A stretch of DNA of 64,000 bases, taken from positions 1 to 64,000 of the forward strand of contig CAWJYV010000002.1 of NCBI GenBank assembly GCA_963847185.1, given 5' to 3'. The DNA comes from an uncultured Methanosarcinaceae archaeon. GTDB lineage: Archaea > Halobacteriota > Methanosarcinia > Methanosarcinales > Methanosarcinaceae. Every line of letters starts with the position of its first letter. The stretch's first letter is position 1. Of the stretch, positions 10,169-21,925 are shown piece by piece. The position numbers and the translations under genes are program-made. The notes below the pieces were generated by a model. That model had not been told where the DNA came from. It saw only the letters and a list, made by a program, of their open reading frames with translations, and did no database searches.

Positions 10169-11383
10169 ATGTCTTTTCAACAAAAAATAAACAATTCTAA
10201 CGAAAATTTAAAGAGAAATTTAAAAGGAACAGTGCCTCTGTTAGCCCTTCTGACAGCTTTTCCTGCGCTGTCAACGGATATGATCCTGCCTGCAATTCCT
10301 TCCCTGGCTGAAACCTGGAACCAGCCTCTATCTGTGATTAACCTGATTCTTGTCTGCTTCTTTGTGACCTACGGGTTTTTCCTTCTATTTTACGGCCCAA
10401 TTTCCGACAGGTTCGGACGCCGTCGCCCTCTTCTTTTCGGACTTGCAGTGTATGTAGTGGCAAGCCTGCTCTGTGCTTTTGCATCAAATGCTTCCATACT
10501 TATAGGTTTTCGCATATTACAGGCTGCAGGAGCTGCTGCCAGCTCATCTTTATCCATGGCAATGACAAAAGATATATTCTCAGGCCCGGAAAGGGAAAGA
10601 ATTCTCGCATACACAGCTGTTATTATGGCCCTTGCCCCTATGCTTGCTCCGGTTATTGGCGGCTGGATACTTCTGGATTTCTCCTGGCACTGGATATTCT
10701 TCGTACAGGCCCTCATGGGAATAATCGGATTGTTTGGAGTTCTTCGTTTTCCGGAAACCCTGTCCGAAGTATCTCAAACTCCTTTATCCAGGGTCATGCA
10801 TACCTACGGGAGACTGCTGCTAAACCCTTCCTACATAGTAATGGTTCTGGTTATGTCAGTAAGCCTTTTCCCACTATACAGTTTCATTGCAGGTTCCTCA
10901 TCCATTTATATCAGCGAATTTGGCCTTAGCGAACAGAAGTACAGTTACTTTTTTGCTTTTAACGCCCTTGCGCTTATGATTGGCTCCTTCTCCTGCCTCA
11001 GGCTGACAAGAAGTATCAGCTCAAAGCGCATTATGACCATAGGATTTATAGGAATCTTTCTGGGAGGGATTTTGATTCTTCTCAACGGACAACACGGCCC
11101 CTGGAGCTTTGCTTTGCCCATGTTTATGATTACGTTTTCCCTGGGCTTAAGTCGACCCCCAAGCAACAACCTTGTGCTGGAGCAGGTCGACAGAGACGCA
11201 GGTTCAGCTTCTTCCCTCATGATCTTCAGCTATTTCACCCTTGGAGCTGTGGGTATGTGGTTCATTTCCCTTGAATGGGGCGATAAGATTCCTGTTCTTG
11301 GAGCCATTGCCTTTGGCTGTGGAGCTCTGGTCCTGAGTACCTGGTTTATTTTGCAGAAAAAAGGTATAAAGAGTACTGCTTAA
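10169..11383 (+). CDS. Bcr/CflA-family MFS multidrug efflux transporter
   Basis: TDMILPAIP, GPISDRFGRRRPLL (MFS motif A), LAPMLAPVIGG; about 12 TM helices. Confidence 0.92.
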   Translation: MSFQQKINNSNENLKRNLKGTVPLLALLTAFPALSTDMILPAIPSLAETWNQPLSVINLILVCFFVTYGFFLLFYGPISDRFGRRRPLLFGLAVYVVASLLCAFASNASILIGFRILQAAGAAASSSLSMAMTKDIFSGPERERILAYTAVIMALAPMLAPVIGGWILLDFSWHWIFFVQALMGIIGLFGVLRFPETLSEVSQTPLSRVMHTYGRLLLNPSYIVMVLVMSVSLFPLYSFIAGSSSIYISEFGLSEQKYSYFFAFNALALMIGSFSCLRLTRSISSKRIMTIGFIGIFLGGILILLNGQHGPWSFALPMFMITFSLGLSRPPSNNLVLEQVDRDAGSASSLMIFSYFTLGAVGMWFISLEWGDKIPVLGAIAFGCGALVLSTWFILQKKGIKSTA

Positions 11384-11434
11384 AATTAAAAAATCCTTCA
11401 ATAAGCGAATAGTCCTGGTTCATCGATTCCATTA

Positions 11435-11564
11435 GAGCCTACCGAAAAGTGATTACCTGCTATAACTTTTACAATCTGCAATATGCAAAACCGAAACTGA
11501 GACTCTGAGATTATAGATCCATTGTAACTTTTCAACATGCATTAACGACTTTTCGGATAGGCTC
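11435..11564. mobile_element. MITE-like element, 130 bp
   Basis: TIRs GAGCCTACCGAAAAGT / ACTTTTCGGATAGGCTC (one indel); no ORF. Confidence 0.7.
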
Positions 11565-11737
11565 CAAATATTTCAATCTTAAATGTGCCTTGGGAGTTAG
11601 CCGCAAGTTATCAGCTTTAAATTTCGGTTGATAAACCGGAATTAGAAGAAGAGCCACTCTGAGCTGAAAAAATACAGAAAAAAAGAGAAAACAATGTATG
11701 AAAGGAAGGGAAAGGAAATTTCTTTCCTTTCTTAACT

Positions 11738-11995
11738 TCAGTTCAACCTTGCTTTCATCTTGTCCACAATTATGTAGTCCTTAATGGCACTTACAGCATC
11801 GAAAGGCATGAGTATATAGTTATCCGTTTTTCTATACCTGGAAGTGTCAAAGTTGGGATTCGGGGTGATCATCAGGTCAATGATGTTTCCCCCTTTAATT
11901 TCCATTATAACGTTGCTAAGCGTTCCTATCTCTGTTCCGTCGGTAGCCATTACCTGCTTGTTGAAGAGAAGGTTCCTTGCAAATACTTTAGACAT
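11738..11995 (-). CDS. PRC-barrel domain protein
   Basis: V..TDG.EIG.L.NV....G.I.DL and PFDAVSAIKDYIIV pattern. Confidence 0.88.
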   Translation of the reverse strand: MSKVFARNLLFNKQVMATDGTEIGTLSNVIMEIKGGNIIDLMITPNPNFDTSRYRKTDNYILMPFDAVSAIKDYIIVDKMKARLN

Positions 11996-12172
11996 TTATA
12001 TCGTTTCTCCGTCTGAATCTTATGTGGGTTTGGGGAAATCTGGTTTTCCACTTTGGAATTAACTTTTTCAATTTGAATTTTACTTCTTTTGAAACTGTAT
12101 TCCCTAAAAACTTTTCCCTTTTAAGAGTTATTTTTTAAGAGAGTACTCAACTGAGAGTACTCAATCAAATTT

Positions 12173-14518
12173 TTACCTGTAGCCAACATAGCCAGCTGTT
12201 TCTTTGGGCTTCTGCCCTCCCTTAAACTGCGCTTCTATCTTTTGATAAAATTCAGCAATATTTTCGGAGATAGTAGGCTTTACTTTCTTCAGAGCTTCCC
12301 TGAAGTGCCTCATTTCGATCTTTTCTATATTGAAATTCTCCCTCAGCGCAGTCATAACAGCTTCCCTGCACACGGACTGGATATCGGCACCAACATAACC
12401 CTCAGTTATATCTGCAAGGTTTTCAAGATCCACATCTTCGGCAAGAGGTGTGTTATTCGTGTGGATTTTAAATATCTTGAGTCTTCCCCTGCGATCAGGA
12501 GCTCCTACATAGACCAGCCTATCGAAACGGCCAGGGCGTATGATTGCAGGATCAAGGAGGTTAGGACGGTTGGTTGCGGCAATAACTACCACGTCTTTAA
12601 GAGTCTCAAGCCCATCCATCTCCGTCAGAAGCTGGTTGAGCACTCTCTCAGAGGTGCGGCTGTCTGTTGATTCCATACCCTGCATCGCAGCAACTGAGTC
12701 AATTTCATCAAAGAAAATCACACAGGGAGCAACCTGCCGTGCTTTTTTGAAAATTTCCCGGATAGCTTTTTCGGACTCTCCAAGCCATTTTGAGAACATT
12801 TCAGGCCCTTTGACGCTTATGAAATTGGCATTGGATTCTTTAGAAACAGCCTGAGCTATCAGGGTCTTTCCAGTCCCAGGAGGGCCGTAAAGTAAAATTC
12901 CCCTTGGAGCTTTTATGCCCATCTGAGCGAACTTTTGAGGGCTCTTCATGGGCCATTCCACAGCTTCAACGATTGACTGTCTTGCCTCATCCAGCCCTCC
13001 TACATCATCCCAGCCAACCGACGGCATTTCCACATATATTTCTCTCAAAGCCGAGGGCTCAGCTTCCATCAGGGCATCTTCAAAATTTTTCTTTGTTACG
13101 AAGATCTTTTCCAGCCTTTCCGGCGGAATTGCTTCCTTTTCAAGGTCAAGGTCGGGGAGATTTTCTCTGAGGCAGCGCATGGCAGCTTCCTGGACCAGAG
13201 CCAGAAGGTCAGCGCCTACAAAGCCCTGGGTTCGTTCAGCCAGATATTGCAGGTATCTGTTGATCTCCTCTTTCTTTTCTCTTTCCTGAGAAGCTTCATC
13301 GCTTTCTATTTCGACTTCTATTCCAGCCTCTAATTCAGATTCTGGACTTATTTCCTCATTACTCTTTATTGGCATGCCCCTGGTATGAATCTGCAGGATC
13401 TCGTACCTGTCCTTAGTATCAGGTACGCCGATATGGATTTCCCTGTCAAAACGTCCGGGTCTCCTGAGAGCAGGATCGATTGAATCTACACGGTTAGTGG
13501 CCCCTATAACCACAACCTGCCCTCTTTCCTCCATTCCGTCAAGAAGAGTCAGGAGCTGGGCAACTACTCGTCTTTCCACTTCTCCGGTTACATTTTCTCT
13601 CTTAGGAGCGATGGAGTCGATTTCATCTATGAAAATCACTGATGGCGCATCCTGAGTTGCCTCTTCGAAAATTTTTCGAAGCCTTTCCTCGCTTTCCCCA
13701 TAGAATTTACCTACAATCTCCGGGCCGGCAATGTAATGGAAACTAGCTCCGGATTCGTTGGCTACGGCTTTAGCAATCAGGGTTTTCCCCGTTCCAGGCG
13801 GGCCGTACAGGATAACTCCTTTCGGAGGTTCTATATTAAGATGGGCGAAAAGTTCCGGGTGTTTCATTGGCAACTCTATCATTTCCCGGACACGCATGAT
13901 CTCATCGCCAAGGCCGCCTATGTCTTCATAGGTGGTTACTCCCCTTGTTGCCTTTTCGTAGCCCTGTACCGGTTTTTTACGTAGTTCGATTATTGTTGCT
14001 TCCGTTACAAGAACAATTGTATTTGCAGGGTCGGTTTCAACAGCGACCAGGGGAATTACCTGGCTTGTTGTCAGAGATTCAGTCATGGGCTGAGACATTG
14101 AGTTGATAATTGGAACAATGTCTCCCTTGAACACAGGCCTTTTGAGGATATGCCTTTTTATAATCTCATTTGCGTGTTCTCCGAACTGAAGTTCAGGTCC
14201 GCCCTGTGTCATGCTTTCCGGGAGCGCCAGAATAAGTTTTTTTGCTTCCGGAGCATCTACTTTTTTGATGGTTACCTTCTCTCCTATAGAAACGCCTGCA
14301 TTTTGCCGGATGAAGTTATCAATTCTCACAAGTCCCTGTTCCCAATCCTGCCTGTCTGCTCTCCAGACTTTTGCCGTGGTTTTTTTCTTCCCCCGTATTT
14401 CCACGATATCGCCTGGCGAGAGCTGAAGTTTCAGTAAAGCTGTAGGATCAAGTCGGATAATTCCTCTTCCAAGGTCGATAGGATATGCCTTTTCAACCTT
14501 CAACTGTATTTCTTCCAT
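12173..14518 (-). CDS. cdc48: CDC48/VAT family AAA+ ATPase
   Basis: N-domain GRGIIRLD; two AAA modules ([29 protein letters not shown]). Confidence 0.97.
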   Translation of the reverse strand: MEEIQLKVEKAYPIDLGRGIIRLDPTALLKLQLSPGDIVEIRGKKKTTAKVWRADRQDWEQGLVRIDNFIRQNAGVSIGEKVTIKKVDAPEAKKLILALPESMTQGGPELQFGEHANEIIKRHILKRPVFKGDIVPIINSMSQPMTESLTTSQVIPLVAVETDPANTIVLVTEATIIELRKKPVQGYEKATRGVTTYEDIGGLGDEIMRVREMIELPMKHPELFAHLNIEPPKGVILYGPPGTGKTLIAKAVANESGASFHYIAGPEIVGKFYGESEERLRKIFEEATQDAPSVIFIDEIDSIAPKRENVTGEVERRVVAQLLTLLDGMEERGQVVVIGATNRVDSIDPALRRPGRFDREIHIGVPDTKDRYEILQIHTRGMPIKSNEEISPESELEAGIEVEIESDEASQEREKKEEINRYLQYLAERTQGFVGADLLALVQEAAMRCLRENLPDLDLEKEAIPPERLEKIFVTKKNFEDALMEAEPSALREIYVEMPSVGWDDVGGLDEARQSIVEAVEWPMKSPQKFAQMGIKAPRGILLYGPPGTGKTLIAQAVSKESNANFISVKGPEMFSKWLGESEKAIREIFKKARQVAPCVIFFDEIDSVAAMQGMESTDSRTSERVLNQLLTEMDGLETLKDVVVIAATNRPNLLDPAIIRPGRFDRLVYVGAPDRRGRLKIFKIHTNNTPLAEDVDLENLADITEGYVGADIQSVCREAVMTALRENFNIEKIEMRHFREALKKVKPTISENIAEFYQKIEAQFKGGQKPKETAGYVGYR

Positions 14519-15092
14519 GGCTCATCCCGAAAATGGTTGTCTTTTTGATTGTGTTTTTATTTGGTAATTATATATAATTAACAGACATCAAAATATTTTA
14601 TAAATTCCGGAATATATAGAACTAATTATACATTAGATTAGATTATACATTATTATTAGATTCTCTTTTTATTTCAATGCCTGTGATCAGGAATTAATTC
14701 AAACGGCTTCTTATTACTCCTGTTGAGGAACACCCAGGATTTAGATTTCTGTCCAGCATTTCTATCCCGGTAGAAAATACCTTTTCATAAAAGGCCTTTT
14801 TAGAAAATGCCAATTATAGCCTGTATTTTTTCCAGATAGCAACTTTGCGGTAGAGGTAGACTCAATAATTAAGTACTTATATTATAATGCCCGGGTTATA
14901 TCATCTTCTATATCCTCTATTTATTAAATAAGTTTACCCCTCATTTCGTTTTCCTCCGGGATCAATATATCTACAGCTTTTGTGTATAAAACTGTTTAAT
15001 ATCAATCAAACTTTGATATAATTCGAACATTATAGCATCAGAAGCTTGATGCTTCTTAGGACTTATACAATTAATATCAGGAATTTGACAGC

Positions 15093-15863
15093 ATGAACTT
15101 TGAAGTAGCGCAGAACACAATTGTTGATTTTATCCGGAACGAAACCCACAAAGCAAGTGTGAGCGGAGCTGTTATAGGAATTAGTGGTGGTATAGATTCA
15201 GCTCTTACCGCAGCCCTTACTGTAAAAGCTCTCGGAAAAGATAATGTGCTTGGAATCCACATGCCCGAATCAGGCCTGACTCCTGATGAAGATAGCGAAG
15301 ATGCAAAGGCTCTTGCAGACTGGCTCGGGATCGAGTTCCGGACAATTGACATTGCAGATATTATTTCGGCTTTTATGGTTGCAGTTCCAGAAAGTGAATC
15401 TGCAAGCAGGCTCTGCAAAGGCAATCTTAAAGCAAGGGTCAGAATGTCTCTCCTTTACTTCCACGCAAACCAGATGGACCGTATGGTCTTGGGCACAGGT
15501 AATAAAACCGAGATTCTTCTTGGTTATTTCACTAAATACGGAGATGGAGGCGTTGACCTTGAACCAATCGGCGGACTTTATAAAACAGAAGTCTGGGAGC
15601 TTTCTCGAATACTTGGAGTTCCGGAAGCTCTTATTACCAAAAAGCCGTCAGCAGGCCTCTGGGAAGGTCAGACCGATGAAGCCGAACTTGGGATCTCTTA
15701 TATAAAGGTCGATAAAGTACTCAGATTGCTTGAACAGAAAGAAGCTTCTGAAACTATCCTGAATGCTCTTGACATTTCCATAGAACAGCTAAACGCGGTA
15801 ATGAGACGCATCGAGAGAAATAAACACAAAAGTAAAGCTGCTCCTGTACCGGAAATAGATTAA
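15093..15863 (+). CDS. nadE: NH3-dependent NAD+ synthetase
   Basis: GISGGIDS, GNLKARVRM, GYFTKYGDG, PSAGLWEGQTDE. Confidence 0.97.
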   Translation: MNFEVAQNTIVDFIRNETHKASVSGAVIGISGGIDSALTAALTVKALGKDNVLGIHMPESGLTPDEDSEDAKALADWLGIEFRTIDIADIISAFMVAVPESESASRLCKGNLKARVRMSLLYFHANQMDRMVLGTGNKTEILLGYFTKYGDGGVDLEPIGGLYKTEVWELSRILGVPEALITKKPSAGLWEGQTDEAELGISYIKVDKVLRLLEQKEASETILNALDISIEQLNAVMRRIERNKHKSKAAPVPEID

Positions 15864-16050
15864 AACAAAAAGATTTGATAAGAAGGATCAGTAAAGATTG
15901 AGAATTCAGGAAAAAAGATTGAGAATCCAGAAAACTGAAGGATTCAGGAAATTTGGAGAATAAAAATATAAAGAATTGAGAATTTAAGAAACCGGCAGAT
16001 TAAGGGAACCTTAGAATTTAAGATTCAAGATATCTCCTTTACCTGGAGGT

Positions 16051-17337
16051 TCACCTAGAAGGATAAGTTTCAGCCTCAATTTTCTGTTCCCTGGCCAGCG
16101 GCTTTGCAAGGTGCCTTCGGGCGCATGGCGGAACCTCATACAATCCTGCCCTGAGATCCCTTTCCACTTTACATCTGGTTTTTGAGGGGACCTGCGTCCC
16201 ACATTTTTTACAGCGGAAACCCTGTCCCTGCCCTGCAGATTTCATGTGTTTTTTGCAGGCGGGGCATATAGGGTTTTCTTCTTTATATAGAGGTGTAAGC
16301 ATTTTAATTTCTATTTTTTCTATATTCAGGGTCCCGGAGCTGACACTCCCCGAAACCAGGACTTTATCGCCTGGTACGAGTTTCCGGATAAGTGCCCTGA
16401 AGTTCTTAGTAGGTTCGAAAGCTGCACAGTCTATCTCATCCCCATTTTCATCTCTGATAGAAAAAATAACATGTCTTCCGGGAATTGTTTGTGGAAATGC
16501 CGAAACCGTACCTTCTAGCTTGTATGAATGCATATCACGAATCTCAGAAATGGCTGCTGCAGTCAGCAGATGCATATCCGTGCCCTGGTTTGTCCTGTAT
16601 ACAGCAAAGCGTTCGATAGGTTCGGCCCTTATCATATCTGCAGCTTTAGTAACAATTTCCGGATTCTCCCCCCGTATTCCGAAAAGCACGGGATCGGCAG
16701 AATGAGGTACACAGACCACAAGCCTGTTAGTAAGGTCCACAGTATCCCAGGTCTCAGGATATGTTTCCCTGTCAGCTTCAAAGAAACTTTCTTTTTCTAC
16801 TTCACGTGGAGTTCCCCATTTATCCTTCTGCCTGTATGCCAGGTATTCAAAGGTGTGTTCCCATTCATTAAGATTCAGCATGGCCCCGCAGGCTGCGAGA
16901 GCACCTATCAACCCTCTTCCGTTCTTGAAACCTTTTGAAGGAATCCCATATTCCAGAATCAGACTTTTTGCCTTTCTTATTTCTATAACTTCCCTGACAG
17001 CTTCCATTAAAAAACTCCCGAGAACGGACTTGAGGCCCTCATAATCTTGTTCCAGGATAAAAACAGCTCCAGGATTGGTTTTTTCGCATTCCATGTGCGC
17101 AAGTTCTTCTATTCTCGACACTACATGAGAAATTACCTTTTCCGGGCAGCCAGTTTTAATCTTCAGGGCTACTGCAGCATTTCCTCTTGTTTTGTAGGGA
17201 ATTGTAGGGTTCAGGCGCACAAGGAGAGGCAGTGCCTCTACAGTTCCGTAGGTCTGCAGTTCTTCTAGCAGCAAGGCTCCGAGATATGTAGTGCACATTC
17301 CTTCGTTTGAATCAGTATCGTCAATTCCAATAATCAT
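16051..17337 (-). CDS. tiaS: tRNA(Ile2) agmatinylcytidine synthetase
   Basis: IGIDDTDS, MCTTY, LVRLNPTIPYKTRGN, TNQGTD, AFEPT, C-terminal Zn ribbon, RRHLAKP. Confidence 0.96.
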   Translation of the reverse strand: MIIGIDDTDSNEGMCTTYLGALLLEELQTYGTVEALPLLVRLNPTIPYKTRGNAAVALKIKTGCPEKVISHVVSRIEELAHMECEKTNPGAVFILEQDYEGLKSVLGSFLMEAVREVIEIRKAKSLILEYGIPSKGFKNGRGLIGALAACGAMLNLNEWEHTFEYLAYRQKDKWGTPREVEKESFFEADRETYPETWDTVDLTNRLVVCVPHSADPVLFGIRGENPEIVTKAADMIRAEPIERFAVYRTNQGTDMHLLTAAAISEIRDMHSYKLEGTVSAFPQTIPGRHVIFSIRDENGDEIDCAAFEPTKNFRALIRKLVPGDKVLVSGSVSSGTLNIEKIEIKMLTPLYKEENPICPACKKHMKSAGQGQGFRCKKCGTQVPSKTRCKVERDLRAGLYEVPPCARRHLAKPLAREQKIEAETYPSR

Positions 17338-17490
17338 TTTTCTGGTTCCGGTCTTTTCCCTTGAAAATTATCTGCAAATCTTTTCCGGAGAACAGTGAGT
17401 TTCGTTACTCTCCGGCATAGTTTTGCATTATAACAAATATCAATAGTGAAGAAACATATATATAGATGATCAAACAGAGATTGATACGGA

Positions 17491-18474
17491 ATGACAAAAG
17501 AAGTTCTCATACATCAAATTATTGATGTATTGGCATGTGCGGGTTTTGCACTCTCTGACCGCTGCAATATTCGTCCGAGGAGTTTTGACGTTGCCGCACG
17601 AAAAGGCGAAACACTACTACTTTGCAAGGTTTTATTTAACATTGACGGCCTGAATGAAGAAACTGCCAGGGAGATGAAATACCTGGCCGAGTATCTCGGA
17701 GGTTCTGCTATTGTCGTGGGGGCCAAAACCAGAGATCAGATGCTTGAGGATAGCGTTGTATACATGCGTTACGATATCCTTGCCTTAAGTGTCCAAACCC
17801 TTCATGATTATTTTATCGAGAAGATTCCACCACTTGTCTCGGCCGCACCGGGAGGACTTTATGTCTCCATAGAAGGAGATCTCCTAAAAAAAGCAAGGAT
17901 GGAGAAGGCAATGTCTCTTGGCACCCTTGCTGCTATGGTAGGGGTTTCGAGGAGAACCATAAGCAAATATGAAGAAGAGGGCATGGATGCATCCATAGAT
18001 GTGGCGCTCCATTTAGAGGAAATTTTTGGAGTAGAACTGGCAAGACCCATAAACATCCTGGATTCCTGCGGGAGTAGAAAACCCAGAAAGAAAACCGAGC
18101 TCGGAAAAGAAGAACTGCCAAAATCCTCCGGTCTTTTGCCTGAAGATTTGATCCTTAATACAATTTCCATGCTTGGTTATGATGTCCTTCTCACGGCACA
18201 GGCACCATTTAAGGCAATTTCCAAGGATAAGTCTTCAGTAATTCTCACAGGAGTCAGCGAATTCAATACAACTGTAATCAAGAGAGCTCACCTTATGAGC
18301 AGCATTTCCTGTGTCACTGAGACACAGTCCGTATTTATTATCAACGGACATTCCAAAATAAAAGCCGTAGAAAATACAGTCCTCATCGAAAAGAAAGAAC
18401 TTGACAAAATAAGTGATTCTCAAGAACTTCTGGATTTCATAGAAGAACGCAAAGAAAATCACGACGAGGAGTAA
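17491..18474 (+). CDS. Conserved archaeal Cro/C1-type HTH transcriptional regulator
   Basis: SFDVAAR, KVLFNID, APGGLYV, HTH SLGTLAAMVGVSRRTISKYE. Confidence 0.88.
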   Translation: MTKEVLIHQIIDVLACAGFALSDRCNIRPRSFDVAARKGETLLLCKVLFNIDGLNEETAREMKYLAEYLGGSAIVVGAKTRDQMLEDSVVYMRYDILALSVQTLHDYFIEKIPPLVSAAPGGLYVSIEGDLLKKARMEKAMSLGTLAAMVGVSRRTISKYEEEGMDASIDVALHLEEIFGVELARPINILDSCGSRKPRKKTELGKEELPKSSGLLPEDLILNTISMLGYDVLLTAQAPFKAISKDKSSVILTGVSEFNTTVIKRAHLMSSISCVTETQSVFIINGHSKIKAVENTVLIEKKELDKISDSQELLDFIEERKENHDEE

Positions 18475-18496
18475 CGCCTGAACGGAAACTCACTAG

Positions 18497-18566
18497 TTGC
18501 GCCACCCGAATTACGATTCGGGAGCCCGCAGTCCTTTTCGCTTCGCTCAAGAGGACGAATTTATGG
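18497..18566 (+). repeat. Dispersed REP-like double-hairpin repeat (copy 1; partial copy at 18676-18706)
   Basis: CCCGAAT-TACG-ATTCGGG followed by GTCCTTTT...AAGAGGAC; homologous to 35755-35840. Confidence 0.75.
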
Positions 18567-18865
18567 TTTAGAATCTTGCTTAATTTTTTGAGTTTCTTGT
18601 CGGGATCGCAGTAAATCGAAGTTTTTCTGTGAGTTGCGATGTAATCTCAACAGCTCACTGTCTTTTTTGTTCTGCTTTGCTTCTCTCAAGAGGACTAACT
18701 TATGGCATGGAGGAATGATTCTTTTAATGGGACCCAGTTATTAGTTATGGATTTTTCATTCTGAACAGTGCTTACACACCATAAATTATCGTGAATTAAT
18801 TTTGGTTTTGAATTTGTTATAGTTCCAAAACACTAATATATGACTGTTTCATTCTAAACGCTTCG

Positions 18866-19474
18866 ATGACGGTAAAGATTGCAGTACTGGTCTCTGGAAG
18901 GGGCTCAAATCTCCAGGCAATCATAGATAGCATTGAAAAAGGTTGCATAAGGAATGCGGCAATCAATGTGGTTATTTCCAATAAGGCAGATGCTTATGCA
19001 CTCGAACGTGCAAGAAAGCATGGAATAAATGCTGTTTTTCTTGATCCTAAAGGGTACGATAGAGCAGAATATGACAGGGCAATTCTGAATGTTCTTAAAC
19101 AGCATGATACTGACCTTCTTCTGCTTGCGGGTTATTTCCGGCTTTTAGGGAGCGAAATCATTGAGGCATACAGGAACAGGATTCTGAATATTCATCCTTC
19201 TCTTCTTCCGGCTTTTAAAGGGCTTCATGCCCAGAAACAGGCATTCGAATACGGAGTGAAAGTTGTGGGCTGCACCGTACATTTTGTAGATGAAGGTCTG
19301 GATTCGGGGCCAATTGTCATCCAGAAATGTGTTCCTGTACTGGCTGAAGATACGGAAGAAACCCTTACTACAAGAATCCTTGAGCAGGAACATATTATCT
19401 ACCCTGAAGCTGTCAGGCTCTTTGTCGAGGGTAAACTTAAAATTGAGGGCAGAAATGTAGTATCTCTTAGTTGA
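18866..19474 (+). CDS. purN: Phosphoribosylglycinamide formyltransferase
   Basis: VLVSGRGSNLQA, LNIHPSLLP, GCTVHFVDEGLDSGP. Confidence 0.97.
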   Translation: MTVKIAVLVSGRGSNLQAIIDSIEKGCIRNAAINVVISNKADAYALERARKHGINAVFLDPKGYDRAEYDRAILNVLKQHDTDLLLLAGYFRLLGSEIIEAYRNRILNIHPSLLPAFKGLHAQKQAFEYGVKVVGCTVHFVDEGLDSGPIVIQKCVPVLAEDTEETLTTRILEQEHIIYPEAVRLFVEGKLKIEGRNVVSLS

Positions 19475-19796
19475 ACAACAGGAAAAATTCATGCTCAAAC
19501 CGGAATAGATTTTACTCATCGATGTCCCATTAATACCCTGTTAGTAACAAATTCAAACCTGCAGGGTTTTATTGGAGAATCCTTCGAAACAGAAGATTAT
19601 AAACCGATTAATTAATTTCATTTATCCAATTCTCAATCAGTTGCCAACCCTCAACCTGTTGAATACTTCAACCTTTGAGTAAATAAAAATTTGTCAGGCA
19701 GCTCTTAAAGATCTTCACATATTAACTTAAAACAAAAATCAACAAAAATATCTTGATTTCAAGTAAGGTTTAATTGAAGAGGTCCAGGTGACAATA

Positions 19797-21035
19797 ATGT
19801 CTTATATTGAAGAAATTGATCCAGAATTGTACGAGGCTATCAAAAAAGAAGCTGAGCGTCAGGAGTATAAATTGAACCTGATTGCATCCGAGAATTATGC
19901 AAGCAGAGCCGTCATGGAAGCCCAGGGCTCTATTATGACTAACAAATATGCCGAAGGTTATTCTGGCAAACGATACTACGGAGGCTGTGACTTCGTGGAT
20001 GTCGCTGAAGACCTTGCAATTGCCAGAGCAAAGGAGATATTTAAGGCAAAATATATTAACGTCCAGCCACACTCCGGTTCTGGAGCCAACATGGCTGTCT
20101 ATTTCTCTGTATTAAAGCCTGGAGATACCATCATGTCCATGGACCTCTCACATGGGGGGCATCTTTCCCATGGCAGTCCGGTTAGCTTCTCAGGAAAGCT
20201 CTATAATATTGTACCCTATGGAGTCAGCAAAGAAACTGAGACGCTTGACTATGATGAACTTATGAAAATGGCAAAAGAATGCAAGCCGAAAATGATCGTT
20301 TGCGGTGCATCTGCTTATCCACGTGAGATCAATTTCAAGAAGTTCAGGGAAATTGCTGACGAGGTTGGAGCTTACCTTCTTGCGGATATTGCCCATATTG
20401 CGGGGCTTGTAGTTGCAGGCGTACACCAGAGTCCTGTGCCTTATGCAGACTTCGTAACCACCACAACCCACAAGACCCTTCGAGGCCCAAGAGGCGGAAT
20501 GATCATTTCCAGAACAGAAGAACTTGCAATTGGAGTTAACAAGGCTGTATTCCCTGGCCTCCAGGGTGGGCCTCTTATGCACATCATAGCTGGAAAAGCA
20601 GTAGCCTTTAAAGAAGCCATGAGCGAGAGCTTCAGACAGGACCAGGACCAGACCATAAAGAACGCAAAAACTCTCTGCAAATGTTTGAAGGAGAAGGGCT
20701 TTGATATTGTTTCTGGTGGTACAGATAATCATCTTATGCTTGTAAACCTTAATAACATGAATATAACAGGTAAAGATGCAGAAGCTGCCCTTAGCAAAGC
20801 AGGGATAATTGCAAACAAAAACACAGTACCTTTTGAGACCCGCAGTCCTTTTGTCACGAGTGGGATAAGGCTTGGAACCCCTGCCTGCGCAACCAGAGGC
20901 ATGAAGGAAAAGGAAATGGAATTAGTTGCCGACTATATCGAAACCGCAATCAAGAATTCGGAGAACGATAAGCTCCTGTCAGAAACAAGTGACAAAGTAA
21001 AGGAACTCTGTTCAAGGTTCCCGGTTTATTGTTAA
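19797..21035 (+). CDS. glyA: Serine hydroxymethyltransferase (THF type)
   Basis: [42 protein letters not shown]. Confidence 0.98.
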   Translation: MSYIEEIDPELYEAIKKEAERQEYKLNLIASENYASRAVMEAQGSIMTNKYAEGYSGKRYYGGCDFVDVAEDLAIARAKEIFKAKYINVQPHSGSGANMAVYFSVLKPGDTIMSMDLSHGGHLSHGSPVSFSGKLYNIVPYGVSKETETLDYDELMKMAKECKPKMIVCGASAYPREINFKKFREIADEVGAYLLADIAHIAGLVVAGVHQSPVPYADFVTTTTHKTLRGPRGGMIISRTEELAIGVNKAVFPGLQGGPLMHIIAGKAVAFKEAMSESFRQDQDQTIKNAKTLCKCLKEKGFDIVSGGTDNHLMLVNLNNMNITGKDAEAALSKAGIIANKNTVPFETRSPFVTSGIRLGTPACATRGMKEKEMELVADYIETAIKNSENDKLLSETSDKVKELCSRFPVYC

Positions 21036-21061
21036 TTGAAGAGGTTCGGGTGTTTTTACTG

Positions 21062-21925
21062 ATGTCAGCTGAAGACTTTGAATCACGGATCATCGATGGG
21101 AAAGTCCTTGCAAGGCAGATTGAAGAAGAAGTAAGGTCAGGAGTTGAGGCCCTGAAAAGCAACCGGGGAGTTACTCCCGGACTTGCTACAATCCTTGTAG
21201 GCGACGACCCTGCTTCAAGAATGTACGTCCGCCTGAAACATAAAGCCTGCGAACGAGTGGGCATAAAAGCAGAAGACTATCTTCTTCCGACAGAAACCAG
21301 TCAGGAGGAGCTATCTTCCCTTATCGACGCCCTTAATAAAAATAAGGATGTGCATGCAATCCTGCTTCAGCTCCCACTTCCGAGACACCTGCTTCCCCAG
21401 GAAGCAATGGAAGTTATATCTCCTTCAAAAGATGCAGATGGTTTCCACCCCTACAATATGGGCAGACTGATGATCGGAGATGAATTGCTCGTACCCTGTA
21501 CTCCCCACGGAGTAATCCGGGCGCTAGAGGAATACAATGTGCCTGTTAAAGGTAAAAATGTGGTTATTGTCGGACACAGTAATGTTGTTGGAAAACCCAT
21601 GGCTGCAATGTTCCTGAACCGAAATGCAACCGTTTCAGTTTGTCATGTGTTTACTGATGACTTGAAAAAATATACGCTTGGGGCCGATATCCTTGTGGTA
21701 GCTGCAGGAGTCAAACACCTGATCAAAGTCGACATGGTAAAAGAAGATGTAGTGATCTTTGATGTTGGGATTACTCAGGAAGAAAGCGGAGTATACGGAG
21801 ACGTAGATTTCGAAAAAGTGATCAAAAAAGCTTCCCTTATCACTCCTGTTCCAGGGGGCGTAGGCCCTCTTACAATTGCTATGCTTATGAAGCATGTGCT
21901 GATGTGTGCAGAGAAAAACTTTTGA
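21062..21925 (+). CDS. folD: Methylene-THF dehydrogenase/cyclohydrolase
   Basis: [35 protein letters not shown]. Confidence 0.97.
   Translation: MSAEDFESRIIDGKVLARQIEEEVRSGVEALKSNRGVTPGLATILVGDDPASRMYVRLKHKACERVGIKAEDYLLPTETSQEELSSLIDALNKNKDVHAILLQLPLPRHLLPQEAMEVISPSKDADGFHPYNMGRLMIGDELLVPCTPHGVIRALEEYNVPVKGKNVVIVGHSNVVGKPMAAMFLNRNATVSVCHVFTDDLKKYTLGADILVVAAGVKHLIKVDMVKEDVVIFDVGITQEESGVYGDVDFEKVIKKASLITPVPGGVGPLTIAMLMKHVLMCAEKNF

Noticed and set aside
13255-13375. Acidic insertion in CDC48 as a possible intein
   Set aside because: Only about 35 aa, with no intein start residue, HN end or endonuclease motifs; a low-complexity loop.
18710-19790. THF or ZTP riboswitch upstream of purN or glyA
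   Set aside because: No recognisable aptamer consensus in these AT-rich leaders; an Rfam scan would be needed to exclude it fully.
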